DNA of 64,000 bases from NCBI GenBank assembly GCA_951406725.2, contig OX597820.1:106578001-106642000 (forward strand), written 5' to 3'. The notes under the pieces are model-generated. The model saw only the letters and a list, made by a program, of their open reading frames with translations, was not told the origin of the DNA and searched no databases. The translations under genes were made by a program, and so were the position numbers. Shown here piece by piece: positions 12,070 to 24,776 of the stretch. Source of the stretch: Octopus vulgaris. Its lineage: Eukaryota. Every line of letters starts with the position of its first letter. The first letter of the stretch is position 1.

Positions 12070-12722
12070 ATCTATTATAGGCACAAGACCTGAAATTTTG
12101 AAGGCAGGGGTTTAGTCAATTATGTCAACACCAGTACTCAACTGGTACTTATCTCATCAACTCCAAAAGGATGGAATTTGAACTAAAAACTAGGCAGATG
12201 AATTGCTGCTAAGCATTTTGTCTCGCATGCTAACAATTTTGCTAGCTCACTGCCTTGCAAATAATAATTGTTTCAAATTTTGGGTTAAGGCTAGCAATTT
12301 GAAAGGGGGGATATAATCAATTACAGGAACTCCAATGCTGAACTGGTACTTTATTTTATCAACCCTAAAAGGATGAAAAGTAAAGTTGACTCAGCAGGAT
12401 TTGAACTCAAAATGTAAAGAGTCAGAAGAAAATGCCTCTAAGCATTTTGTATGATGCGCTAATGATTCTGCTAGCTCACCACTTTCAATAATAATAATCT
12501 TTTCTACTCTAGGCATCACGCTTGAAATTTTTTTTTGGGGGGGGGGGGGCAGTCAATTAGATCAACCCCAGTACACAACTGGTACTTAATTTATCAACCC
12601 CAAAAGGATAAAAGGCAAAGTCAATCTCAGCAGAGTTTGAACTCAGAATGTATAGACAGGCGAAATACCACTAAGCATTTCACTCAGCATGCTAAGATTT
12701 CTGCCAGCTTGCCGCCTTTCAC
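12070..12722 (-). mobile_element. Three tandem tRNA-derived SINEs with a Meta-domain-like core
   Basis: Three diverged ~210 bp units with ctggtact(t)a..tcaaccc..aaaggat(g)aaa..tttgaactcag..ctaagcatttt..gctagctc(a)cc, separated by (AAT)n tails. Confidence 0.7.
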
Positions 12723-13685
12723 CACTTTCATTAATAATAATAATTCTTTTCTTGCTACAAGTTTGACTAATGTAAGAGGTGGTTCAGAATGGAAGTTTAC
12801 ACTGAAATTTAATAAAGAAAAAATTAGCATATACAATATACAAAATATATTAATGTCCTAAAAGTAAAACTACCACCTAGAACCTACCATCAAGGAACCA
12901 GTCAAATTGACAGAAGATAGTATATTTAGGTACAAGATTACTCTGACTAACAAAGGGTCCTTTCCCAGCAAAATCGTCCAGCTTGCAGGCATATTCTAAT
13001 GATCCTTTATTCAAGCCTTGCTTACCTTGTTCACAAAAGTAAAATTGACATTCACAGATTTGAATTCAAACAGAAGCAACAGAAATATGCAAAGCAGTTT
13101 CTCCAACACAAACAATTCTACCAGATTGTTACCAGTAATAATCTATTACATCTTAAGTTTTAGGTTGTAAAGATAATTAGTTAATGATAGTCAATGAGAT
13201 TATTTATCACAGTGGTACATGAAGCAAATTTGTTGTAGAGTAGCAGTCAACTTAATCTCAGTAAATGAATGTTGATTGTATCTTTGACCCTGCACCTAAA
13301 TAAATGAAAGGCTAAGTTGTCCCTAATAATTCAGCATAATAAACAATAATAATGATGATGGTTTCTATTGGAAGTTCAACAACAAATTTTGGAAGGATAA
13401 AGTCACTTAAATCAGCCCAAGCAATTGACTAACTTTTACAACTGAAAAGATGCAAGACAAAAAGGTATTATAATTTACTTGAAGCATTGCAATGTGTGTA
13501 AATGATATAAATGTTTGAAGAAACCTTTAGGTTAAAAGTAGGTTAAAGCAAAATATGTAAGATGATGCAATAGATGGAAACAAAGAGGAAATATATTGTA
13601 TTACTGGCCTATCAGTATTTCTCTGAACTCTTTTTCTTTCTTGTATTTGAAAAGGGGAAATCTTTCTCGAAATATTATAGGATTA

Positions 13686-14402
13686 TTAACCTTTAGCACA
13701 CTGATTTGTCCCCAGAATAGTTTTCCCTGCAACTGCATTATTTTTGAGGGAACAAAAGACTGTTTGAGCATCTACTGTTTTAAAATTGTTATAACTTTCT
13801 TTGAAGTGTGTGTACAGACTTGATTTTTTTTATATACTAGTAAAGGAATAGATGAATACTATTTTTATGTAATGCATTAAGGAATAAATGAAAGAGTTGC
13901 CCCCTCAGAAATCTACCTCCTTGGGGCCAGTACTTTCCTTAAATCCAGCCAGCCATGAATGATGATAGTATTCATTTGATACATCATTCCCAATATAACT
14001 ATAAGCACAGTCTATGTCCTCAGCATCACCTCAAATAATTTCACCATTGACATCTGCCTGAGTAAATCCATCAAAATCATCATCTGAGTCAGAATCAAAC
14101 AAGATCTCTTCCATAAAAGCTTCAAAAGCAGGAGCAGCCATTTTTGCTTGGTAAAAATTCAAAAAAACTAAGTTCAATTTCAAAGCATGGTTAGTATATA
14201 AACAATGAAAATGGCATCAGAAAATGGGAGTTTAGCCTCATTCTAAATCAAAAGTAGCCTATTTACAGCTTAAAGTACCAGAAATAAACTTAGCAATGTG
14301 TTTATTTTAAGTACTCTTCTCAAGGTAACAAAATGCACCTGCAGCTACAGGGGAGAAAAGTTGTGGGTGACAAATTGCGACAACAGTGTTGGAGAAGGTT
14401 AA
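13686..14402 (-). mobile_element. Internally deleted piggyBac-like element
   Basis: TTAA at both ends with imperfect TIRs (ttaacctt..acactg..atttgtc..ccctgcaactgca / tgcagctacagggg..gacaaat..cagtgt..aaggttaa). The internal minus-strand MAAPAFEAFMEEILFDSDSDDDFDGF resembles acidic piggyBac transposase N-termini. Confidence 0.6.
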
Positions 14403-14844
14403 ACAACCTGTATAAGATAATACAAAATACAATATCATTTCTCTCTGTTTTCATTTACTGACATCACCTTAGATATTTGTTTAATTTCCTCACCTACTTT
14501 GTCAAAGATTTTTTTCAAAAATTTATATCATGAAAGACAAAGTCAACCTCAGTGGAATTTGAACTACAGATGGTGATATTTCTTCAGCCCTAGACATTAT
14601 ATTTGTATGAAGCAAAGGTAGCAAGTTTCATAATCCTTCCTATCCCTGTAGAGTAATTGTAATGAAACACATCAAACAAAGATCTAAGGTAGACCATAGG
14701 TACAGCATTTGTCCCAATAATTTACTTTGGCAAATGGCTGTCACAGAGAACTATAAACAATCACGTACTCGTTTTATATGCCTAAGAAGGATGAAAAGCA
14801 AAGTTGGCTCCAAATACTGAGTGGATTGAATATATACTTAATAC

Positions 14845-14912
14845 TGGAATATTGGAAATAATGGAATATTGGAAATAATGGAATATTGGAAATAATGGAA
14901 TATTGAAAATAA
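14845..14912. repeat. 17 bp minisatellite (ggaatattggaaataat) x4
   Basis: Directly visible. Confidence 0.9.
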
Positions 14913-14961
14913 AGGGCACCACATGTATGATGATAACCAATGAATTGTATATATAGGAAAA

Positions 14962-15955
14962 TTAAATTTTAGTGACTTTTTGAGTTCCACATGTGTGTAC
15001 ATTTCTTCAGTTAGATGAATGGAGCACTAACTGGGGAAAATGACTAGTTGACTGGCAGTGTTAGTTGAAGGATTTATATCTGGTGGAGATATCTAGTGTT
15101 GTTAATTGTAATATTTAACGCTGTTAGTAACTGCTAGGTTAGTCCCTATGATTACAATTAATGCCCTTGTTAAAAACTAAGGATGCTTTTCAAAGTTAGT
15201 ATGACATAATGTATATATATATGGGCTTTGTAAAGGAATAATAAAAAAGGTAAAGAGTAAATAAATTATAGAGAATTATATGCCCTGGTGTACAACATAG
15301 AATTTTAAATAGATAGTTCGGTTAATTGGGGTAAATTAATTTAAAATTGCGATGTGATGTTAAATTATGCTCTGTGGTAAGTGGGATGGTTAGGGGAGGC
15401 AGGTCAGCCAGTAGGCAGGTCAGCCAGTAGGCAGGTCAGCTAATAACCTATAGTGTGGGATTTAATGGTATTTAGAGAATAAGAATTTATCTTTATACAA
15501 ACATGTTATATTTTTCTCGTCTTGTTTATTAAGTAATTCTGATTTGATCATTAAAATGAAGAATTTCTCATTTCTTCCAATTAACCAAACTATCTTTAAA
15601 ATTCTATGTTGTACACCAGGGCATATAATCCTCTATAATATATTCACTTTAAAGCTAGATTGCTGACTCAGAAAACATCATATTTTTATTTATTTTTATT
15701 TATTTACTCTTTCCCTTTTTTATTATTCCTTTACAAAGCCCATATATATATACATTATGTCGTACTAACCTTAAAAAGCATCTATAGTTTTTAACAAGGG
15801 CATTAATTGTAATCATAGGGACTATCATATATATATATTACAATTAACAACACCGGATATCTCCACCAGGTATAAATCCTTTGACTAACACTGCCGGTCA
15901 ACTAGTCTGAAGAAACGTACACACACGTGGAACCCAAAAAGTCACTAAAATTTAA
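14962..15955. repeat. Long inverted repeat, arms ~370 bp (14962-15329 / 15577-15955)
   Basis: For example tagtccctatgattacaattaatgcccttgttaaaaacta pairs with tagtttttaacaagggcattaattgtaatcatagggacta. The spacer contains a 16 bp tandem, aggcaggtcagccagt. Confidence 0.92.
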
Positions 15956-17721
15956 GCCTAAAGACTTAATGAACTTTTCCTTTTTCTTTTGCCTTTTCCT
16001 TTCATTTCCCTTTTTCTCCTATTTATATTCCTCTAAATCATTCTGACAATGTTTATTTAATGGAACGGGATAAACGCAAATTTACTTTGATTTGATAAAC
16101 AGAAACAGCTGTAAATGGTTCTGAACTACAATCAAACTATGACCTTTTAATACCAATGATCAACTTCTCATTGTTATTTATTGTTCCATTTCTGTTCTTT
16201 TCTATATATATATATATATAACAAGCTTCTTTCAGTTTCTGTATCCTGAATCCACTCACAAGGCTTTGGTCAGCACAGGGATAGAAAACAAGACACTTGC
16301 CCAAGGTGCCATGCAGAGGGACTGAACCCAAAATCAGACAATTGGAAAGCAAGTTTCTTGACTACATAGCCACATCTGCATCCATATATCATGAGCAGAA
16401 ATAAAGATTACAGAGAACAGTTATTCACCATAGACACAAGGTTAATTTTTTAAAATCTTTTTCAATCAAATGTATGAACTAAAAAAGTACCAGCAAAATA
16501 AAGAATAGCCTCATTCTTTAGTTTTTCCTTTCCTTTACCATTTTGTGACCCTATTTCCAATAAAATACCCTATTAGAAAATAATAAAAATATTGAAAAGA
16601 TTTAGTAAAAATAGCTCCAGTTTTCAGTATTAAGCTGGTGTAACACAAAATAGAAGCTTTGACATTAGATATGAATACTTTTAAACAGTTTTATAACAGA
16701 ACCAGAGGTAGTTTCAGATGGTTCAGTATTTGAAGGGTTAATAATGACTAAATTATAATTACAAGAGTATGAAGCAACTAGTGGTTGTCAGCAAAGGCAC
16801 AAAATCAATTCATCATAAAAAAAAGAAAAAAATGTAAGGAATGTTTATGCATTGTGAGAAGAAATGTTTCAGGCAGAACCTTTCAGGAGAATCAGAGAAT
16901 ATCCATCAAAGAAACCTGACCAAAAATTACATATTTTTATGCATTTCATGTCACACCAACATACAAAGCTCTTTTGGCTTAAAAGAAGAAAAGGTTTTCT
17001 TTTTCTATATTTTTCTTCCTTGTTCTATTCCATTTTTATAAGATAGAGTTATATATCAAGATGTAATAATTGAGAGACAATTTAAAATGCAGCCCGAGGT
17101 TAGAAATTCTCAAATTGCTATAGTAGTAAAAGCAGAGAGCAACAGAAACAAACAACTATAAATATTTATCAAAGTTATTGGTAGCCGTCGTATCTAATTA
17201 CAAACTCATAAGAACTGCTACTAAAACAGACTTAATGCATTTTATATATGTAGATCCTTATCTTTTATTCTTGCTTGCAAGTCCTGTCTCCCACCACCAT
17301 TACTACCACATAGAAGTTGCAAACAGAATAAGTGAAGTGAAGAGCTTTATATTAGACTATTACTCTGTGCTAAATACAATGCAGTGATCCACTAGCTCCA
17401 AAATTGTTGGCAATTAACAGCAAGTGTAATAAACTGAAAGAGAATGAACAAAGCAATGAGAGGCCCAGAAGTGAAAACAACAGGTTTTAATCACAAATTA
17501 CTAAGGAGGCAATCACCCCTGACTAATTGGTACTTTTTGGATCATAACAGATTACATGAATCATTAGAACTTGATAGCTCAATCAGCAACACTGTAGTTA
17601 GAAATATAAAGCATAGAGCATGTAAATCACAGTTGAGAATGGTTAGTCAAACAGGAATAACAGAAATGATCTGCAGCAGACAAGGAAGATAAGAACAAAA
17701 TTAACTAACAAGAAGGCTATT

Positions 17722-18092
17722 GGTACAGGCACAGTTGTGTGATTAAGAAGTTTGCTTACCAACCACATGATTTCAGGTTCAATCCTGAAATAGAACCTTG
17801 GGTGTCTTCTATCAACCCTGATCAACCTAAGACTTGTGAGTGCATTAGATAGATGGAAACTGATAGAAGCCTGCCATGTGTCTATTTATTTGTCTCCTTG
17901 CCTCGATAGTGCACGATGGATGTAGAGTCATTTGTTGACAGTATTCTGTGAAAAGATGTCTGGACATGGAGAAATATTACCTTACTTGAAAACAGGTGTG
18001 AGTTGGTGACAAGAAGGGCATCTGGCCATAGAAAATCTGCCTCAATAAACTCTGACACATGCAAGCATAGAAAAATGTTAAAATGATAATGT
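17722..18092 (+). mobile_element. tRNA-derived SINE with RTE-type tail
   Basis: Head ggtacaggcacagttgtgtgattaagaagtttgcttaccaaccacatg and tail aagggcatctggccatagaaaatctgcctcaa..atgttaaaatgat. Confidence 0.8.
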
Positions 18093-19510
18093 TTCAATTA
18101 GATTTTGTAAATGTTCGGTTTTGCAGCCTTTGTTGTTTAATCCTATGTCAGTCAAGCAAATCTAGAAACAAAGGTGTTCTAGCCATGATCATCTCATCTT
18201 TTTCTTAGGCATTTTTTTTTACAGAGACAATATATACCATTCAGTAAATGATATCGAAGTGTCAATTACAATCAATTCTCCACTCCTCACACACATCCTT
18301 TAATTAAACAACTATGCCCATGTTTACCAGTCATTTTCTTTCTTCCACTCTCAAAGTTTTTCAAATCAGTTAACCTTGATGATACCAATCTGCCTGAGAC
18401 CACCTCTGGTTCTATAATACAAACTTCCTCTTCAAAGTAACCTAAATTAAAACTCTCCATTAAAATTTTATGTTGATTTACATTTCAAACACCATTTTAA
18501 TAATAGTTAAATTATTTTCAAAATTAAGTGAAACAGAAATACAATAACAAATGGGTTAAAAGCTCCTTTATATTTTCTCCTTGGGCTTGACCATTACCCC
18601 TCCTCCAATAAATATGTTACCTCTCTTTCCCCCTTATCTCTTTCTCTCTCTCCTTTTTCCTAATACAAATTTATTTATCCTTCAGCACCCACTGACTTTT
18701 CATCATTCTCCATCAAATGCCTGAAATATCAGGCTTCTTCCTCATCGCATAAAATTTATCTGACTGTTTCAACTATTCAAACAACCCTTCTCAGAATACT
18801 CTCTGGCTGGATATGTTTCTTCCAAAAATCTTAATTAAACATCAAAAATACACAAATGTTATTCAGTTACTTCTACCTCATTATCCCTCTCTTTGGAAGG
18901 CTTAATCAAGAAGGAATTAGGTGATGCCCTCCCAACTAAAAATCTAACATTTAAGGCATAGCAATTAGTAAAACAAATTTTACTAGTATTACTGGTTAAA
19001 ATTAGTAATATTAGTTTGACTTGTTATACTAGCTACCTAGTAATAGGGGTAACATGTAATTAGGTATCACTATGAATTTTTTTTTAAATATTTAAATCTA
19101 ACTTCTTCTGTACTTTTCCTTGGAGAGCATCCCCAAAAGAACATTCTGAAAACTCATTTGTGAAATTTGGATGAATATTTTTTAGATCAGGGAATTGGTT
19201 AAAATCTTGCCTAATTAGACCTAAATGAATAATTAGCCATATTTGTGATGTCTTTGAATTACACAAATCATCTTCAAATTACACAAATTAATAGTGTCCA
19301 TAAGATAGCAGTTGCTATTTTTTTTTCTGGTTTCTGAGCGGGGTGGGGGGGGGGGCAATTTTTTAAAGTATTTATGTAAAGCCTATTTTGTTGCATGTAA
19401 TACACCGTCAATCTCACAATGCAAGCTTAAACTTTTCATGTATTTTCAGACCAAAATAAATCCAAAGGTACAAGCCATTTTAGAAAATATTTTCAGACAA
19501 AAAAGTGTAT

Positions 19511-19713
19511 GATGTGAACTTTCTTCTTATATACTTTTGATCACAATCTGACACTTACATATCATGCCAAGTCAACTTCACCCTCATATTCACAAGGCTT
19601 GTCCAATTTTAAGCATTGAGAATGGGTGGAAATATGGGGGTGATTGGGGGGGGATCTGGCATGATATGTAGGTGTTGGATTGCAATCAAACGTATGAGAA
19701 GAAAGTTCGCATC
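19511..19713. repeat. Inverted repeat, ~60 bp arms
   Basis: gatgtgaactttcttcttat..acacttacatatcatgcca pairs with tggcatgatatgtaggtgt..gagaagaaagttcgcatc. Confidence 0.85.
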
Positions 19714-19869
19714 CAGAACTTTCAAATGATATACACTTGGCCATGGAAAAAATTTATTTCAACATGAAAATGATTAAGCAAAAAGGTGGGTTTTCGCATT
19801 GTCAAACTATACTCATCATCCTTTCTACAGAGCTCTACAGTGATACCTAATGTCTAACTAGCACTCCAA

Positions 19870-20165
19870 TGATTATGATGGCAAGAGTTCCAGTTGATCT
19901 GATCAACAAAACAACCTGCTCATGAAATTAACATGCACTCCACAGACACATGTACCTTTAATGTAGTCCTCAGGAAGATTCAGCATGACACAGAGTGTGA
20001 CAAGGCTGGCCCTTTGAAATATAGGTACCACACATTTTTGCCAGCTGAGTGGATTAGAGCAACATGAAATAAAGTGTTATGCTCAAGGACACAATGCATG
20101 GCAGGGAATTGAACTCACGACCTTACAATCATGAGCCAAATACCATCACCACTAAGCCACATACA
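19870..20165 (-). mobile_element. tRNA-derived SINE, V-domain-like family
   Basis: Minus strand gtggcttagtggt..gtgagttcaattc..gtgtccttgagcataacactttatttc. A second copy lies on + at 35928-36215. Confidence 0.7.
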
Positions 20166-20604
20166 TTTACGATACCTAAAGTAATATCTCTATAACAAGA
20201 CAAAGAAGTAGTGTGTAATGGCAGTATTACAAGCTGCCTCTATTTTCTAACCTAAATGCCTATGTGCTACTATGACAAAATTTGAACGTAATGTCCTCAA
20301 CATTCCTCTAGTTAGTCCTTAGAATATTCATTTTTATTTGCTTTATTTAGTGAGTTATCTCCTTTATTTTTACACACCAAATCTCACCTTACAAGATAAG
20401 AAGAACTCCTATCTACAACATGTAGTTGTGGTGACCTAAGGGTATATGCATAAGGACTAGATCAGTGACTCAGCAAGATAAGCTGTAAACGGAGATTCAA
20501 CTTACATTCTCAGGTTTAAGAGAAATAGAAACACTTAATCAGAAAACATTCAGCAATCTTCTGCTCTCTCTCTCTCTCTCTCTCACTCTCATGTGCACAC
20601 GCAC

Positions 20605-21030
20605 AATCATCAATATTTAATGTCCACATTTCCATGCTTGTATGGATCAGACAGAATTTTATTGAGGTAGATTTTTTATGGCTGGATGGTCTTCCTGTCA
20701 CCAATCCTCACCTGTTTCCAAGAAAGGTAACATCTTTTTCATTAGCCAGACAATTTTCATAGAAGATAGGAAATAAACAACATGGCTTGTATGATGGTGA
20801 TGCTCATTTACAACCATCATGTAATATCAAGTACACACACATATATGAATGTACATATAGTAAGGGTTTCTTTCAGTTTTTGCTTACCACTCACAAGGCT
20901 TTGGTCTTCTGCTATAGCCTGGGGCTAACGTAGAAGAGACTTGCCAAAGATACCATACAGAAGGACCAAATCAAAGACTATATGTTTGATGGGAAACAAG
21001 CTTCAAAACAAAGCCATGCTTGCACCTATA
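20605..21030 (-). mobile_element. tRNA-derived SINE with RTE-type tail
   Basis: Tail catcaatatttaatgtccacatttccatgcttg and head ..ctcacaaggctttggtc..gccatgcttgcacc. Confidence 0.75.
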
Positions 21031-21037
21031 TATATAT

Positions 21038-22087
21038 TTACTACCTAAAAATGTTGAGTGTCTGTATGTACATCATGGAAAGGTTCTGAAATGTTGCATC
21101 CTCAAGAAAAACCAATTTGATTTTTGAAATCTGCATTCCAGTGAGAAGATTTTCAGTTATAATTAATCAAAAAATATAATTTGCTACAAGAAAAACTCAG
21201 CTTTTAGATCACCAAATCTCTCTTTATCTCTCTCTATTTTTCACACCTTTCCCCCCTCTCTATATATACTTACCACACTCTTCTGTCTACCTCACTGCTA
21301 ATGTTTCATGAGGGTCTTTTGACTCTGTTGCTCTAACGAAATTCCTTACACATGAGCATACATTAACACACTCAGTGTAAGCAATGTACATACACAGAGA
21401 GTAAGAGAGAGTGTGGTAAATAAATATATAAAGACAAGGGGAAAATTCACAATGAGAAAAGTGTGTAAGATGAGATAGATAGAGAGACAGAAGGATCTTA
21501 TCTATTGTTGTCATAGGTTTTCAAATTTTAAAATTAAATAAAAGTTTTCAAATCTTAAAATTAAGTGAAATTTTCAATTTTGGTATATTGATGTACATTT
21601 TCACACTGCATCCAATTTTGTGATTCGTTTATTCCAGAAAATTTTAGAAAAATATTACAGATGTTTAAAGTTTGATCATTTTTACCCAATCAGAAAATGG
21701 GATTTATGTGTGATAGCTATGTATCATTTAATGAAAGCACACATTATAAAATAAAATAAAGTTTTAAACAAAATGATAGCAATTGCATGTCATATGAAGA
21801 GAGAGGGGGCAGCAGCAAGTGTGAGAGATAATACATATACAGAGAGTGATAAAGAGTGTGGTAAATAAATAGAGAGGGCCAGATGGTGACAAAGTAAGAG
21901 ATTTGTCAATCTAAAAGTCATTTCTTATAACAAATTATATTTTTTGGTTATTATTTATGGACAAGCTTCCCTTTGAGAAGCAGATTTCAAAAATCAAATC
22001 CACTTTACTCAAGGATGCACTATTTCAGAGCCCTTCAGAGCTAAGTGCACATACATAATCACATGCACTTTCATTTATATAGTAGAG
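21038..22087. mobile_element. ~1 kb foldback element with ~200 bp terminal inverted repeats
   Basis: tctgaaatgttgcatcctcaag..atttgatttttgaaatctgc..aaaaaatataatttg..ttttagat pairs with atctaaaa..caaattatatttttt..gcagatttcaaaaatcaaat..aggatgcactatttcaga. Confidence 0.7.
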
Positions 22088-23003
22088 GTGCATGTATGTT
22101 TTTGCACATGCATGCACTCATCATCATCTAACATCCATCTTCCCTACTGGCATGAATTGGATAGTTGGACAAATCCAATGATTCAGAGGTTGCATCATGC
22201 TCCAATGTCTGCTTTGACATAGTTTCTAATGGTTTCTACAGTTGGATGTCCTTCCTAACATGTGGTAGTAGGAAGCGAGAGCCAGTTGTACAATTAATGC
22301 CAATTGCTTTTGATCTTCTGTGAAAACATGTTTGACCATGAGGGAAATATTACCTTGCTTGCAAACAGGTATGGTCTGATGACAGGAAGAGCATTCAACA
22401 AAAGAAAATCTGCCTCAGTGAATTCCATCTCACTTGTGCAAGAATAGAAATCTGGACAATAACACAATGATAAACAATGATGATGATGTTGATACATAGA
22501 ATAAATCATGCAAATTTACTTAACATAAATTGATTTCTTTCATATAGTGATGCAGACAAAGCTGTGTGATTAAGTAGTTTGCTTCCAACCACATGGTTCT
22601 ACACTCAGTCCTAGTGTGGAATCTTGAGCAAGTGTCTTCTACTTTAACCCCAGACCGAACAAAGCTTTGTGTGGATTTGGTAGATAGAAATTGAAAGAAA
22701 CCCATCGTGTGTGCGTCTCCTTGTCTTGACATGATGTGATAGCTGTAAATGGGTGTTGCTGTCTATATGACAGTGTCATTCATTTCCAATATTCTGCAAA
22801 AACATATTTCCAATATTCTGCAAAAACATATCTGGCCATGTGGAAATATTTCTTTGCAAGGTGTTTTTATCATTTTAATGTGTTTCAAACTATGGGAGCT
22901 CCTCACCTTATTTATACATTTCATAACTGAAGATTTCACAAGATGTCACTTCTTCACTGATTTATAAAGCAGGACATCAAAAAGAATTATTTTTTCAAAT
23001 AAA

Positions 23004-23482
23004 CATCATCATCATCATTGTTTAGCGTCCGCTTTCCATGCTAGCATGGGTTGGACGGTGCAACTGGGGTCTGGGAAGCCAGAAGGCTGCACCAGGCCCA
23101 GTCTGATCTGGCAATGTTTCTACGGCTGGATGCCCTTCCTAATGCCAACCACTCCATGAGTGTAGTGGGTGCTTTTTACGTGCCACCGGCACAGGTGCCA
23201 GACGAGGCTGGCAAACGGCCACGGTCGAATGGTGCTTTTTACGTGCCACCGGCACGGAAGCCAGTTGGGGCGTTGCTGGCAACGGCCACGTTTAGATGGT
23301 TCTCTTATGTGCCACCGGCACTGGTATCACAGCTGCAATTTCCATTGATGTTGATCGATTTAGCTTTTGATTTCACTTGCCTCAACAGGTTTTCACAAGT
23401 AGAGTTTTGTGTCCCAAGAAGGAAAGGTATGCATAAGTGGACTGAGGCCATGGGTTATAGTCTCACTTGTCCTGCCGGGTCT
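23004..23482 (-). mobile_element. RTE LINE 3' UTR and tail
   Basis: (CAT)n tail, gcgtccgctttccatgctagc and gtgccaccggcac modules, ending at the ORF2 stop region shared with 26992-27283. Confidence 0.82.
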
Positions 23483-24205
23483 TCAAAATATATAAATTTA
23501 AAAAATGTAAGCTGACACTTAGATCAAAGAGAGATTTTGTTTCCCAGTAATTCAGTGAAAGATTTTATTAGTAATAATTAACTTATCAAAAGATTGTGGA
23601 AGTTGTGCTTTCAATATAACTTAAATCTCAAGAGTTTAAAATGGAATTATGAATCCACACACACTAAAAGAAAAAAGAAATTTAAAGAAATAAAAACAAA
23701 CACAAACCAAGAAAAGAACTGCATTACTTATTACTTACATAACAAAAACAGAATATAAACTAAGTTTTGAAATAAGATTTTTTAAATTTAACTAAATTAA
23801 CAGGCTTGGTTGTGATTGTTTGATGTCATTTCAAAATTATTTTCCACAAATTTCACTTTCACACACACCTGCACATACACTTAACTCTTATCAATTCCAA
23901 GTGTTTCTTATTACCATCACACACAAAGAATTAAGTACAATTCCTCAAAAATGTTTTGGTTGTTGTTTCTTAATAAATATATCTTTGAAAAGAAAACTTA
24001 ATACCATAGATATGTATACAATAAATAGCTGTGGATTCCCCACCCCCACACAGATATATTAAATTACCACCAATAGACACCCAGACCTTTGACTGGACAA
24101 AAATGTATTAACTAATTTTAACCTGTGAGATAAAAAATTTTAATTCTATCTTGGAAAAATATGGCTAGAAACAATATATGTGTATGTACATGTATGTGTG
24201 TGTAA

Positions 24206-24249
<44 letters not shown>

Positions 24250-24392
24250 ACTGAAATATAAAACTATACTACACGCAAAAAGTTTTCTTTTTATTCATTA
24301 TTCCTTTTCCACTTCTAGATTAGATTAAAAGATTTTTATGTTTTGACAAATTCTGCTAAAATGAAAATAATCTCTACCTTGAGAATTATTGT

Positions 24393-24776
24393 TTTAATCC
24401 TTTTGATACCAACCCGTCCAAGACTGCTTCTGATTTGAATGATATCAACTTACTGTTTTTAAAGTGATCTAAATTAAAACCTTCCTTCAAAATTTTATAT
24501 TAATTTATGCTTCAAGTATCAGCTTAATGACAAACTTATTGCACTAAATTCTTAATAATTTCTGAAATGAAACAAAAGCAGTGTACTTTATCAGAAATAA
24601 GGTAACAAAAGAGATAAAGTGATCTAAATTAAAATCTTTCATCAAATTTTCATATTGATCATTGTTACAAATACCAGCTTAATAATGACAAAATCATTTT
24701 AGTAAATTCTGCATTACTTTCAAAATTAATTGAAAAAAAATGTTTTTGATAGAAATATGATATTGAAAGGGTTAAG
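24393..24776. mobile_element. TTAA MITE with tandem duplication of its 3' half
   Basis: ttaatccttttgatacc... aaagtgatctaaattaaaa occurs twice (about 24461 and 24616); ends aaagggttaa. Confidence 0.65.
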
